Shown here: in pieces, positions 12,679-26,509 of the stretch | Position numbering within the stretch: position 1 is the stretch's first letter | Layout: each line of letters begins with the position of its first letter | Origin: Octopus vulgaris | Lineage: Eukaryota | DNA: 64,000 nt | Reading direction: 5' to 3' | Assembly (NCBI GenBank): GCA_951406725.2 | Contig: OX597827.1 | Span: forward strand, 1,612,001-1,676,000 | Program-made: the position numbers and the translations under genes | The notes under the pieces: model-generated | Databases searched by the model: none | Told to the model about the DNA's origin: nothing | The model's input: the letters and a program-made list of their open reading frames with translations, nothing else

Positions 12679-12863
12679 TCTCTCTCTCTCTGCAAGTCGT
12701 TCTGTACATTGGATGCTGGTTGATTTTTCTTTTGTCTTTTGTTTTCTTGTTGTTGGTGCCTACTAAACATTGGCGTGTGTATACACCGAAAATTATATTC
12801 ACGCCAAGCAAACATTGGCCAACAGTAATGGTGATAGGAAAAGATAACAATGATGAAGGTGAC

Positions 12864-12896
<33 letters not shown>

Positions 12897-13104
12897 GGTG
12901 GTGGTGGTGGTGATGATGACGACGACGATGATGATGATGATGATGATGACGATGATGACGACGATGGTGATGATGATGATAATGATGATGATGACGATGA
13001 TGATGATGATGGTGATGATGATGATGGTGATGATGATGATGGTGGTGGTGGTGGTGGTGATGATGATGGTGATGATGATGGTGATGATGACGATGATGTT
13101 GACG

Positions 13105-13136
<32 letters not shown>

Positions 13137-13266
13137 AGCTATGATGGTGGTGATAACTAATAATAATAATAATAATAATAATAGTAAGAAGAAGATTGGT
13201 AACAAGATGAAATTACTTATGGTTTGTAGCTTACGGTGCCTTTAATTAGCTCCTTTCATGAGTGAT

Positions 13267-13303
<37 letters not shown>

Positions 13304-13392
13304 AGGGGGAGAGACAAGGGGCGGGGGAGTGAGAGAGAGAGAAAAGCAGTAAAAGACACTCATAAATAAAAAATAACAGATAACACACACAT

Positions 13393-13423
<31 letters not shown>

Positions 13424-13508
13424 CACACTTGTGTACATATATGTGTATGTGTGTGTATATATATATATATGTGTGTGTACATATATATGTGTGTGTGTTT
13501 ATGTATAC

Positions 13509-13547
<39 letters not shown>

Positions 13548-14234
13548 CAGAGGAGGCTGGCATGGACGAGTGGTTAAAAAGTTCACTTAATAAACATAAG
13601 ATCCTCAGTTCAATTCTGGTGTATGGCATTTTGAGCCAGATGTCTTTTATGAAAAACCACTCTTAAGATCGAAGTTTGGTAGATGGAAACTTTCAGATTG
13701 AGTGTGACCATCATAAGAAGGTCTGGCTTTGTCACATCCACACTGGTTCTTCCTAAGAATTATTATGGTAAGAGTGAGAATACTTGGCCAATCAGGTTGT
13801 AATCCATAGAGTAGCTAGTAGAATCAGCTAGTAGAACTGGATACCTCATTGGAAAAACTGACAGAAGACACACACACACACACCCATACACATACACATA
13901 CATAGCTTGCTAGATAAATACATATGCATATGCACACGCACACATGTATAGAGATATATCTACACACAGATACACAAATACACACACATATATCATCATC
14001 CTATATATACATGTATATCTACATACACACATGCACAAACACACACACACTAATAAGTGCACATACCCACACACTAATACGTACACACACATGCAAACAC
14101 GCAAACACATGCATATACATTTACATATACATACATATGTAAATAGAGGTATATATTGTTATAGATAGGTAGAGAGAAAGTATTATATATATAGCCATAT
14201 ATGTATGTTTATGTACATATGTAAAGATAGAGCT

Positions 14235-14279
<45 letters not shown>

Positions 14280-15254
14280 ACGAATATACATACATGCATA
14301 TATGCATACACATGCACACACCACACACACGCACATATATATATATATATATACATACATGCATACATACATATATATATACACTCACAAACACATCCAC
14401 ACATGCATACACACATAAAGGCCACCCCCACTCACCACACACACATACACACACACACATGCACATCTAAGCACATGTATATACAAAGGAAAAAAAAAAG
14501 AAGAGGTATGACGGTGGAGGGGGGGGTCTGGAGAGAATGAGAAAGAGTAGGAATACCTGCAAGTTTATGCTGTCTACCTTTGTTGTCGAATTTGTTAGTA
14601 ATGAAAGCTGTGCATCTTATTTGAACAGTTACTATTGTGTTTGATGAATGGGTGGAATAGCAGAATGGTAAAGGATAGGTAGATGAGAGGGGGGTTGGTT
14701 TAGTAACAGTGGAAGCATACCATGGCGTGTACTGATGAAATAAAGAGAGAGGTGCAGTGGGGGTTTCCTTTGCTCTGCATTGTAATAAGGTATGTAGGAA
14801 CACACAGCATTTTGGTTAATAAATAAAGAGATAGATAAAGCAATAAACAAATAAGTAAATAAATAAATAAGGGCAGCGTGTTGTCATTATCATTGTGGCT
14901 GTTGTTTAGCCCTGGGCCAGATCTGATAGAGCAAGATCTATGATCAAAATTGTTTGGAGTATGACCATCCATTGTTTTGTTTTACAGGCACCATGTCTAA
15001 CGCTGTCGGGCTTTGATATCAATATCATCCTTTTAAGACAATAGAATGTAATTTTAGGGAGGTTTAAGCTGTTATTTCTAGCATGTATAGTGACTACAGA
15101 TGCTCTACTTTTAGCTATGAAAGCTGTATGATTTATAAATAGTGTAGGATTCAAAAGGAATATTGAAAGAAGAGTTCCACCATGCCTGTCCCATATATTT
15201 AAAGCTACCAATAGCTACCAATAGCAAAATAATATAAATATAGCTACCAATAGC

Positions 15255-15320
15255 TAAATAATATAAATTTTGTCCTATTGTAAAAACTTTTTTAAAATAG
15301 GACAAAATTTATATTATTTA
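15255..15320. repeat. Hairpin with 25-bp perfect arms
   Basis: taaataatataaattttgtcctatt ... aataggacaaaatttatattattta. Confidence 0.9.
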
Positions 15321-15929
15321 CTCTCTCTCTCTCTCTCTCTTTCTCTCTCTTTCTCTATCTATAACATATATACAAATATGCATATATTTTAAGACGTTAG
15401 TATGATCTGATAAAAAATTTGGCTGCTACTTTTAGGATATTTTCTGATCCCAAAGACACTCCCTTCTTGGCTTAAAAAAAATGGTGAACCCTCCCACTAG
15501 GTGGGAGGGTTTACCACTTGAATCTTAGGCTGAAGAAAGGACTGCTGCACTGTTTATTGCATGAATATGCACCAAACATCAAGGTCAGGTACAAATCCTT
15601 CCTTGATTGAAGTCAGTGCAACTTTAGATGTAGTTAAGCTGGATTGTGACTTCAGGTTAGTTAATAAAGTATTTTAGTAGAGCACCTACAAGAAGCCCTC
15701 TTCCACACCTGCCATTAGGAGCTTGGTTGGGGTTCCCTCTGCAGAGAAGAGCATCCCCAGGCAGGAGAGAGAATACGTTGTTGATCCTAAATTGAGCCAC
15801 CATAAAATCTTCTGGGGGACATGAGGTGCATCTAGGGGTAAAGACTAACCTCACTGAGGCAGAAGCCATGGAGGCAATTAAAGCACTCAGATGAGGCAAG
15901 GCTGATGGAGAGGATGAAATTTAGTAGCT

Positions 15930-16330
15930 TTATATTTTACTTGTTTCAATCAATGGGCTGTGGCCAAGCTGGGGCACTGCCTTGAAGGGTTTTATTTGAC
16001 CAAATCAACTCCACTACATTTTTTTTTTAAAGTCTGCTATTGTACTTGTTTTATCCAGATCTTTTGATGAATGATTAAGTTTTAGGAACATGAACAAACC
16101 AACATCGGTTATCAAGTTATCAAGTAGTGGGCAAGGAACAAACTCAAGCACACACACACACACATACATATTACATGCTTCCATACAGTTCCCATCTCCC
16201 AGATTTACTCACAAAGCATTGGTCAACTCAGGACTATAGTAGAAGACATTTGTGGAAGGTGCTTCATGGTGGGACTGAACCTGAAACCACGTGGTTACAA
16301 AGAAAGCTTCTTAACCACACAGCCATCCCC
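15930..16330 (-). mobile_element. SINE family A (diverged)
   Basis: Tail ttttacttgtttca...ggccaagctggggcactgcc and head ...gggactgaacc...aagcttcttaaccacacagcca. Confidence 0.75.
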
Positions 16331-17633
16331 ATTCCTTGCTTTATTTTATGGTCCTTTTTGTTTTGTTTTGTTTTTAAACTAACAAAGTTTATTTATATTT
16401 GATGGAGACTTGACTGCTATTTCTAACACATCAACTGACCACGTTGAGGAATCCTTTGTTGGTTTATGAAGCTCCATATACCTACATCAACAGTGAAGTG
16501 AATATCCATTGTTTAGTTAACAGTGAACCATCCATGCATGATTCAAATTGGTTGAATTAACCTGAGAACATGCACATTAATATCTTTATACATGTCGAAC
16601 GCATGAATGGACACACATGTGCTGACAACTCTTTTAGAAACGTCGGACCTTTACACATTGTCTACGCAAAACACAATCGCTTTGTTCCGGCTGCGGGCTT
16701 GTTTTATTTTTTGCTTTATCTATTTTTTATTAGATATTTTTTTTTATCAGATTCTACAGAATTTCTTCAGCTTCCCATTGAACGTAAATATAATCCCTTC
16801 CTCCTCCCTCATCCTGATCCTTCTTTCTCTCTCCCTCCTACTCTCTCCATTCCTCCACTCTCATCACCATCCTTCTCTCTTCTCTATCTCTCTCTCTCTT
16901 TCTTCCTTCTATTCTCTCCGTTCTTTAGCTCTCACCACCACCTTTCTCCCTCCCTTCCCCTCCCTGACTTTCTTATCTCTCATCACAATCATTCTTTCTC
17001 TTTCCCTTCTACTCTCTCAATTCCTCCTCTCTCATCATCATCCTTCTCTCACTCACTCTCTCTCTCTCTGACTTTCTCTCCATTCCCTAACTCTCATCAC
17101 CACCCTACTCTCCCTCTCCCTCATCTCTCACCACTACCCTTTCTCTCTTCTCCTTCCTCTCTCTGTCTTGCTCTTCTCAATTATTCATCACCATTCTTTG
17201 TTTTCACTGTTGTTGTTGTTGTTGTTGTTGTTGTGCAACCTAGTCAGTTATGATTGAGCAGAGCTATGATCAAAGACTTACCATCTATGACCGTCCGGCC
17301 ACTTTTCATTTTCCTTTGTTTGTTTTCTGTTTTTCCAGGCATAGGGCACTCTGGACAATGTTATTCAATGTGTCATCTTTATTTTTTTTTTTGTAGATAT
17401 GCTATGATGTAGTCTGAGCAAAATTTGGGCATTATTTCTAGCAGACTGAATGACCACATAAGAGTCCTTTCATTTTGACTCAACATTACTCATTGTCACA
17501 TAACAAGCATTGTAACATTCTGTTGTTTCATTGTATTACACTACATTTGTCCTCTTTCTAGACATGTTTTTTGGCAGTAAATATATTTTGGTCATCAGAC
17601 AAAAAAATAAAAGCAAAAAAAAATCATTCATAT

Positions 17634-17797
17634 AGGTGCAGGAGTGGCTGTGTGGTAAGTAGCTTGCCTGCCAGCCACATGGTTCTGTGTTCAGTCCCAC
17701 TTCATGGCACCTTGGGCAAGTGTCTTCTACCATAGCCTCAGGCCAACCAAAGCCTTGTGAGAGGATTTGGTAGACGGAAACTGAAAGAAGCCTGTTG
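17634..17797 (+). mobile_element. SINE family A, 5' half
   Basis: ggtgcaggagtggctgtgtggtaagtagcttgc...gttcagtcccac...ggcaccttgggcaagtgtc. Confidence 0.8.
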
Positions 17798-17804
17798 TAC
17801 ATAT

Positions 17805-17851
<47 letters not shown>

Positions 17852-17859
17852 GTATCCAT

Positions 17860-18567
17860 CGCAATGGTCAGGCAGTCTATCTGCTGTCAGCACTTGCTGC
17901 ATGGTGGCCTGGGTATGCTGTGGTTGATGATGTGCAGACATGCACTGAGGCTACGACATCTCCCGTGATTCACCGGACACGTATTTCTGCCCCTAGTTTC
18001 CTTAACGGAGCTGCAGTCCTGGATAAAATAGAGACCGAGGGGGAGCATTTGGAAAGTGGAATGTCTTCAAGTGCTCACAGCCTTCAGCCAATTGGAACTG
18101 CAATGGGTGGAACATGCACTTTAAGCTTTTTATAGAGGATTAGTGGAGGAAAAGTGCGACGATGTTCTTAGGGAGACCTTGGGCATCGAAGATGATCTGC
18201 TAGTCCCTCTTTTCCAGAGAACTTTTGAACCTGGACTAATGAATAATTTTCAAAAATCTCTGACCTGGCAGAGAAGGAATTGGAGATGGAACTTGCTCCC
18301 AGGTTTGCAGGGAAATCTCAGACATTGGGGTTCCTCACTTATCCCCAGAGGTCTTCTTGTATCAGGAAGGACACACCTCTATCATCCTCCCTGCCCATTT
18401 TTTTAAACCTTTGTATGTTTTGCATATGTCCCTTCTCTTTTAGTGTATATTCTGTATACTTAATTTCTTTCCATTTTTCTTTCTATGATTTCATTATATG
18501 TAAACCCTTACACTTTATGTCAGTCTTTGTATTGCCCCTCATCCTTCACCCTTATGGCAAATAAATG

Positions 18568-18598
<31 letters not shown>

Positions 18599-18600
18599 TA
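17860..18600 (+). mobile_element. Decayed L1/Tx1-like non-LTR retrotransposon 3' fragment
   Basis: GC-richer block translating to ...LFQRTFEPGLMNNFQKSLTWQ..., resembling the region before the Tx1 ORF2 zinc knuckle; ends aaataaatgaa(atc)n. Confidence 0.45.
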
Positions 18601-19279
18601 TTATCATTATTATTGTTATTGTTGCTGTTATTGTTGTTGCCTACATCGTTATTGTTGTTGTTGTTGTTGTTGTTATTCTTAGCTGAGACATACAGACAAT
18701 GTGACTACATGAAAAGCAATAAACTTATTATTGCTGTGGCAGTGAAAATTCTTCCAAGAAATTGGATTAGATTCGGACAAACTAAAGACTAAACCTAAGG
18801 CAGCCAGGGCAGCAACCGAAATGGACATGGTGGTGGTGCACAAGTCAACCATAGAGTACAACTATAAAGGCATGCTCTTACACAGACAACACTTTGATGA
18901 ACTGAATAGCCCACACATAAATACACACAAACACACACACACACACATACACACACACACATGTATATCAAAACTGAACTATATCAAAACTGACCTGGAC
19001 GAACAAAACTGATTTGAGTGAGAGAAAAAATGTCGGCAATATTTGCCATCATAAAAGAGTAGGCCATTTCTACAAGATATATTGAAAGGGGAATATCAAT
19101 ATGTCATACAAAACTGAGGTTAAATGTCGCTGGTGTCGAGTGTTTTGGGAAACAATGGACCATATTGAGTGAAGATGTCCTTCAATGTCTCCTACAAAAA
19201 TTAACCTGGAGATACAATAGAGTAGCAAAACAGCTTTATGTGTTCCTGGTCATTTTTCTTTATAGTAGAAGAGTTCTCT

Positions 19280-19745
19280 TTATCTGTTGTGTCTGGGGAG
19301 AGTCATTCTCTTTTAGTGCCTTATTATTTAACACACTCACCGGTAAAATTTCCACTTATTTATTTTTATTTTCTAAAATTTTCGTGGCGTGTTGCAACCT
19401 TTTCAATAGTCTTGACTCTGTCCGTTATTTACACTGCGTTCCCTTTTGTTTTTTTGTGCGCATGTGTGTGGGTCAGTGTGTGTGTGTGTGTGTGTGTGTG
19501 TGCCTATACATGCATGCATGTACGTATATATGTGTGTGTGTTTGCATGTGTATGTATGTATATATGTGTGTGTATGCAACGAAAATTTTAGAAAATAAAA
19601 ATAAGAAATAAGTGGAAATTTTACCGGTGAGTGTGTTAAATAATAAGGCACTAAAAGAGAATGACTCTCCCCAGACACAACAGAATATGCTTCAACACAC
19701 GAACTCATATAAAGAATCTTGCAAACCAAATCCAAAAACGAAATA
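19280..19745. mobile_element. Inverted pair of an HHR-bearing repeat (19280-19415 and 19577-19745) flanking a (TG) microsatellite
   Basis: tctgttgtgtctggggagagtcattctc...caccggtaaaatttccacttattt is the reverse complement of aaataagtggaaattttaccggtg...gagaatgactctccccagacacaacaga. Confidence 0.9.
19373..19409 (-). ncRNA. Minimal hammerhead ribozyme, U3-A8 core variant
   Basis: Revcomp CTA TTGAAAA G GTTGC AACAC GCCAC GAAA AT T T TAG; the partner copy near 19576 shows GCAAC GAAAATTTTAG, completing stem II. Confidence 0.55.
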
Positions 19746-19749
19746 GTTC

Positions 19750-20815
19750 TCTTTTATTTCTGTATCAAAAATGTGTTGCAGCAGAAAGAGAAATGCTGAA
19801 TTTTCATCTGGCAAACAGCAATGAGGTTTTTTGGCTTCCATCTATGTTGCCAAGTCAATGGATTTGAAGAAGATTCATAGAAAGAAAGGAAAGGGTAGAG
19901 AAGGAGAGAGTGAAGAATTGAAGGTCAGTGGACGTATGTGGAATGTTTGAAAAGGAAGCTGAGAATGTGAAGACTGAGGATTCAAAGATGATGGCTTGGG
20001 AAATGGAAAACAAAACGGCCCCTTAATGGAACTCAGAACCAGACCCTTGTGACAAGCTCAATAAAGAAATCTGTCTAAAAAAATGGCCAAAAGTGTTGCT
20101 TGTGTGAAAAAATGTAGAAAGTGTAAGACATGCTGCTTTTAAATTTTGGCACAAGGCCAGATTTAAAGTTCAGGGGAGGGGGTAAGTAATTACATTGACC
20201 CCAGTATTCAACTGGTACTTACTTTATCAACTCTCAAAGGATGAAAGGCAAAGTCAACCTTGGCGAAATTTTAACTCAGAATGAAAAGACGGACAAAATG
20301 CTGCAATGCCTTTTGCCCAGCATTTTAATGATTCTGCCAGTTTGTTACCATGGAGAGTGAGTCACATAATGCCAATGCATGTGGGATGCTTGCACAACAT
20401 GAATACAAAACTAACGAGACAGAGAAAGTCGGTACATTCAGTGGAGACTCCTTAAGCATTTTGGATTAGAAGTACATAAAAAAATGATTATGAATGCAGG
20501 ACATAACCAGTCATGGAGTGCTAAAATTCTGTAGGGTTTTACGATACAAAGTGATTGAATACAGACAGTCAGATGTCCTGTTGGTTGGTAAAGAGTCTCA
20601 GAAAACTTTCATTATTGACATAGCATTCCCAGATGACCGTAATGTAGCAACTAAGGAAGTTGTGAAGATTACCAACTATGCAAAGTTGATGGTGAAGCTA
20701 GAAGGAATGAGGAACACCAGAACTAAATTTATTCCAATAGTGGTAGAGGAGCACTAGGATCCATCCCAAAGGACCTGCCACAATTCCTTGTCTAGCTTAG
20801 TATCCCATATAATAT
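19750..20815 (+). mobile_element. R4/Dong-like non-LTR retrotransposon remnant (zinc knuckle plus restriction-like endonuclease), split by a SINE
   Basis: KCCLCEK..ESVRH near 20090; ORF 20494-20757 KVIEYRQSDVLLV...FIIDIAFPDDRNVATKEVVKITNY...IPIVV then GALGSIPK after a frameshift: PD-(D/E)xK-type REL motif. Confidence 0.75.
20137..20345 (-). mobile_element. SINE family C
   Basis: aaaggatgaaaggcaaagtcaaccttggcgaaatt...gattctgccag. Confidence 0.75.
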
Positions 20816-21271
20816 CAATTTCAAATTTTGGCATAAAGCCAGCAATTTTGGGATTGGGGATAAGTCGATTATGTTGATATCAGAATGTAAAGAATTAGAT
20901 ATCAGAATGTAAAGAAAGACAAAATACCACTAACTGTATCATAAATAATATCAGTTATAATTAAAACTCATTTGCACTACTCATATCCTCCAAAAGGTTC
21001 TCTCTGTTTGAAGTGTCAGAAAGATCTAAAAAGAAAATCAAGCCAGTTTTTAGAAACTGTGAGAAGCACAATAATGATAGAGTATAGGGAAGCGGGTATA
21101 ATTGATGAAATTGATGGTTGGTATTTGACAGGTACTTATTTTATTAAACCCAGAATGAGGAACGGTAAAGTCAGCCTTCTTAAGATTTGAATTCAGAACA
21201 CTAACAATCTATTACAACACATTGACATGAATTTATAGTTTATTGCATTGATTCCAGATAAACTTGGGTGG

Positions 21272-21450
21272 AGGCAAATGGTTTAGTGGTTAGGGTGTAG
21301 GACTCATGATCATGAGATTGTGGTTTTGATTCTTGGACCAGGCAATGGGTTGTGATCTTGAGAAAGATATTTCATTTCATATTGTTCTAGTCCATTCAGC
21401 TGGGAAAATCGAGTAACCCTGCGATGGACTTGTGGCCCATCCAGGTGGGG
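21272..21450 (+). mobile_element. SINE family B
   Basis: tggtttagtggttagggtgtaggactcatgatcatgagattgtggttttgattc head. Confidence 0.65.
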
Positions 21451-21949
21451 AATAAATATGCCAAGCTGTAATTACTACCAAAGACAGTCCTACCCCATAT
21501 CAAATTTGATTGAAATTTTAAGGCGTTTCCATTATTTTGTCCAACCTCTGTATATGTTTAGGTCAACTTTGAGAGATGTGTAATAATTTCTCTTTTTTTC
21601 TTTTTTTTTGCAATGGAACATGAAGTGATCAATGCTATAAATGAAAGCATGCAAATATTGGGTTAGAAAACCTCATAGATAGAAAAAATTGAAAGCTCCT
21701 TCTGGGATGCGATCTCACTTCTTTTATAAACATGTCAGACATTCTATCATTGTACCAAAACAATCCTTTGATTTTCTCCATGTATTTTAGAAGACTAGTT
21801 ATCACTTGAGAAAATTGTCTGTTGTCTATGTACTGCCTTTGAATTCTTCCATTCTCAAGGTTTTTAACTGAATGTCTACATGCTATTACTTATAGCTTTA
21901 TCTACTTCAAGTTCCACCATTAATATATATGTAAATACACATACATATA

Positions 21950-21996
<47 letters not shown>

Positions 21997-22008
21997 GTCT
22001 ATTTATTT

Positions 22009-22335
22009 AACGGTAAAGACCCCCTTTAACGGTAAAGATCCCCTTTGGACCATGGGATTGCATCTAGAAAGTTCCCCTTTGAGGCATGAGTCCAGACAAG
22101 GTTGTTTCTGGATGACCATCAGTTACCCATTCATACCAGTCTCCTCTCTCCTCACCTGCAATGTTATTCAAGGGAAAGGCAAAGCCTGATACATCTTGGC
22201 ACCAGTGATGTTGCAATTCATTTCTATGGCTGAGTGAACTGGAGCAATGTGGAATAAAGTGTCTTGCTTAAGGAACACAACAGAGCCTGGTAACGGAATT
22301 AAACTCTCAACCTCACAATTGTAAGCCCGATGTCA
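22009..22335 (-). mobile_element. SINE family B-related copy
   Basis: Homologous to 7054-7335; short tandem duplication ttaacggtaaaga(c/t)cccc at its 3' end. Confidence 0.7.
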
Positions 22336-22367
22336 TCTGCCTTCATCTATCTATATCAATCTCTCTT

Positions 22368-22418
<51 letters not shown>

Positions 22419-22453
22419 ATATATATATATATATATATCTATACACATGTATA

Positions 22454-22524
<71 letters not shown>

Positions 22525-23694
22525 AATATGCAGATACATACATTAATAATGAAAGTCTGATGGTATTCGACAATAACGTCAGTGACGCCGGAGGTGGGAG
22601 CAGAACCCAAAGGCGGATGCACAGACATGGCCACATACATACATACATACATACATGCATACATACATACATACATACATATACATACATACATTTATAT
22701 TTCCAGGAAGGCTGAGCAACTGCATTGGGCTCCCCTCAATATAATTTCTGTGTTGTTTACCATCCTGTCTTTTATCTAAGAGACGATTACATTATCCAGT
22801 CTATCCATTTGCAAGATGGTAGTCTGTGATTCAAGGTAGATTTGATTGTTATTTCTAACAGGGCAAGTAACGATGCAGAGTAAACATCACTGACCTGAGC
22901 TCCCTTGTAACTTAGAAAGGTGTTGAGAAATCTATGATGCAGTTCTATGCAGATCTATATCCTTCCTTTGGCTGTGCTGACCATTGGCTAAATTGGATTC
23001 TTCACTTGACAAATATTCAACTAATAGAAGCTGATCAAGTAAAAAGATAAACAACTTGACCTTTAGGTCAAAGGTCAAACACGTTTTGACATGGGTTGAA
23101 ACCATATGTGTCTTGTGTATTGTATGCTGTTGGTGTTTTGTGTTGTTGTGTGGTGTGTTGTTGTGTGGTGTGTTGTTGTGTGGTGTGTTGTTGTGTGGTG
23201 TTGTTGTGTGCTGAGGATTATGAGTTGTGAGTTGTTAGTTGCTTGTAGCTATAGATGTTGAATTGGCAGTATACATACAGTATACACTGTGTATACTGTA
23301 TGTTTGTATGTGTGTATACACACATATACATTTATATGTATCAGAATGTGTGGGTGTATTTGTGCATGTGTATGTGTGTGTGTGTGTGTGTAAGTGTGTT
23401 TCTTGTTTGTGTGTGAGTGTGAATTACTGGAAGTGAGAAGATGGAAGAGGAAATGAAATGAATGATGGAGGAGGAGATGATAAAAATTGAAAGAAAAAGA
23501 AGCAGGAGAGTGAGGAAGAGAGAAAGGGAAAGAGGGGGAGAGGGAGAGATGGAGAGAAGGAGCAGGAGAGAGAGAGAGAAAGAGAGGAGAGAGTGAAGTG
23601 GAAGAGGTAAATGGAAATGTGAGAGACAGAAAAAATCAGATAAATAGAAAGATAGATAGATAGATAGACAGACAGACAGTCAGACAGAGAGATG

Positions 23695-23799
<105 letters not shown>

Positions 23800-24279
23800 A
23801 GAAAAGAGAGAGAGAGAAAAGAATATAAATAAATAGAAAGATAAGCCTACAAGTTAAAATGAAATAAAGAGTAAAGTGATGAGGCAATGATATGGAATGG
23901 AGAAATCATGAAACTTAGAGTGTGTGATAATGGAAAAGAGAGAGAAGAAGTTGGTGACAGTAAGAGAGAGAATGGGGTGGAGATGGAAACAGAAGTGAGG
24001 CAAAAGCTGGAAAAGGTGAAAAATAGCCAAACCTTCCTCAATGCACATCAGCACACTCCCTACTTTCTCAATAAAGGATACTGATAATGGCATCATGGGC
24101 TCTTCCTGCATTGATGGAAGCAATGTGTTAGTCACAACTGGAATGTCCTTGATTGTAAACCTGACTATAAACCTTGATCATAAACCTGCAAGGGTATTCA
24201 GGTCTGCATGTACAAAGTTACTTGACCTACGAATAAGAGAAGCCAGATCTCTGTGCCATAACAAGATCATAAAACTGGT

Positions 24280-24890
24280 TTCCCTTAGGAACTCCTTTAT
24301 ACTAATGTTTCTGTTATTATAGCTGAATCTGTAGTAGAATTAGAAATGAAATTCTTTGTGTGGAATCAAAAACTAGAATCAAAGGGCTTTGAAGTTAACT
24401 TAGCAAAGACCAAATGTTTGGTAAGGCAGAAAGCAGAGGGATCTTTGCTTTCAGTGGGGAAGTTGCTTTGCTAAATATGTAGAAAAAGAAGTAGAAATTC
24501 CATGCAGAGTACTCATTGCAAACTCTGGATACACAAGAGATGAAGTGGTATCACAGGAAGGTTAACAAAGAAGACTTATCTATTGCTCAAGAACAATAAG
24601 CACTAAGAGCCAACAGATTCTCTCAAAAGACTAGAAAGATCCTTGGTGATACTAAATAGCTTCTGATACCTTGATTATCTAATTATCAGTGGAGGAGGAT
24701 GGTCTGAAAGAATAGTTGCTGAAATAATAACAGGCTGGAGAAAGTCTAGAGAGCTTTGACCTATCATAGTAACAAAAGAATGAAAAGCAAACTGCATGAG
24801 GCTTGTGTACCGACTGCCATGCTACATGATAGTTAGATTCTATGAATGCAGAGGGTATGCAAAGACTAGAAAGAAACGAAGCTATCCTTA
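24280..24890 (+). pseudogene. RTE LINE reverse transcriptase fragment
   Basis: Frameshifted translation ELL(Y)..VIIAESVVELE...LESKG..VNLAKTK...WIHKR*SGITGRLT...SGGG*SE..VA....GWRK...MNAEGMQRLERNEA. Confidence 0.8.
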
Positions 24891-26069
24891 ATTCTATCCT
24901 TAATTCTAATTGTTGTCACTCTCCACTCATATTTTGTACTGATCACCCTTCTGTATCACCAAATTATCTCTCATCCTCTACCCTCATACATCTCTCACTT
25001 TTCTCACACACTCTCACCCTTACTATTCTGCTACTCTTTACCTGCTTCTGTATAGTCAGGCTCACATTCCTCCCCATCTCATATATACCACTAATCACCT
25101 TCCAACCCTTGCTCACTTATTCACTAGTCTAATTATCATAAATCTCCACTCAAATTTTCTACTGATCACCTTTCCGTGAAACCAAATCATCTCCCATTCT
25201 CAACCACCACACACCTCTCACTTTTCTCAGACTCTATTCACTACATCTATCTCTTAACCCTAACCCAACCTTCCCTCTCTTTATTTATCTTCACCTGTTC
25301 TTTAATATATTGACCCCTCATCTATTTCTCATCTCTAACCATCCCTCACTCTCTTCATATATTCTTGCAATTTCCACCCACCCACACACTCTGTTCTTCT
25401 GACCTCATTCATTTCTGTTCACCTTCTTGGTCATCTAGGATCCATCCTGATACTTCATTACCAAAATTTTATCCCTCTTTCCAGCTCCACCTTGTTACAA
25501 TGAAAGCAGCCTTGCAGCTCCCTTACTGAGAGAAACTTATTCTGTTCTGGTCCCTCCTTTCATTCTTTAACTTCTCTTCTCCTGGCATATAACCACATCC
25601 CTCAATTCTTGGACACATTGGATCCTGTCCAACTATCCAAGCCAACCCAACAGAAATTGGATGTTAAAAATGATGATGACAACGATGATTGCACACACAA
25701 ACACTCACACACACATGCACTCGCACATACATGCACTCACACACACATGCACTCGCACACACATACACATGTACTTTATTTGTGGGCTAACAAGGCTACC
25801 ATTGGCTTCATGCTCAGAGATGTCTCAGCAATTGTCAAGCCTACCACATAAGATGTTTATACTTGTCTCCATCTTGAAGACAAGTACCAATGTCTCATAT
25901 AAAAATATATAGCCCCTACCCTCTCCCTGTCTCATCATTACTATCTTTCTCTTTTCTTACTTCTCTCTCTCCATTCATAGTAGCCATATTCCTCTTCTGA
26001 TGCAAGACACCTTTCCCAACCCTCAGTAATGTCCCTCCAGTTGAGTGGTCTTGTTTGAAAAATTACCTA

Positions 26070-26292
26070 GGGACTCCACTGCTGCTGGTGCCACATAAAA
26101 AGCACCCAGTATACTCCAGTATACTTTGTAAAGTGGTTGGTATTAGGAAGGGCATCCAACTATAGAAATGATGCCAAAACAGACAACAGAGGTTAGTGCA
26201 GTTTTGTGACTAGCCAGTTCCCGTCAAACCGTTCTACCCATGCCAGCAGGGAAAACAGATGTTAAGTGATTATGATGATGATGATGATGATA
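26070..26292 (+). mobile_element. RTE LINE 3' end
   Basis: ggtgccacataaaaagcacc...ggaagggcatcc...caaaccgttctacccatgccagc...gttaa(gat)n. Confidence 0.7.
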
Positions 26293-26377
26293 TATACATG
26301 TCTGTCAAGTAAAATGGATACCTGCCACACAGTTATAGAAACATCAAGCATACACATAGACAGACAGACACACACAT

Positions 26378-26448
<71 letters not shown>

Positions 26449-26509
26449 GACATACTCACATAGATTGACATAATCTGTATGCAAAGATGTTTCTGTTTAA
26501 TAGGTATGT

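Noticed and set aside
21500-21552. Isolated Tc1/mariner-like TIR end (also about 3680-3710)
   Set aside because: No matching second TIR or transposase nearby; cannot be delimited as an element.
25254-25272. Telomere-like ttaaccctaacccaacc
   Set aside because: Only about two degenerate units within a pyrimidine-rich low-complexity tract.
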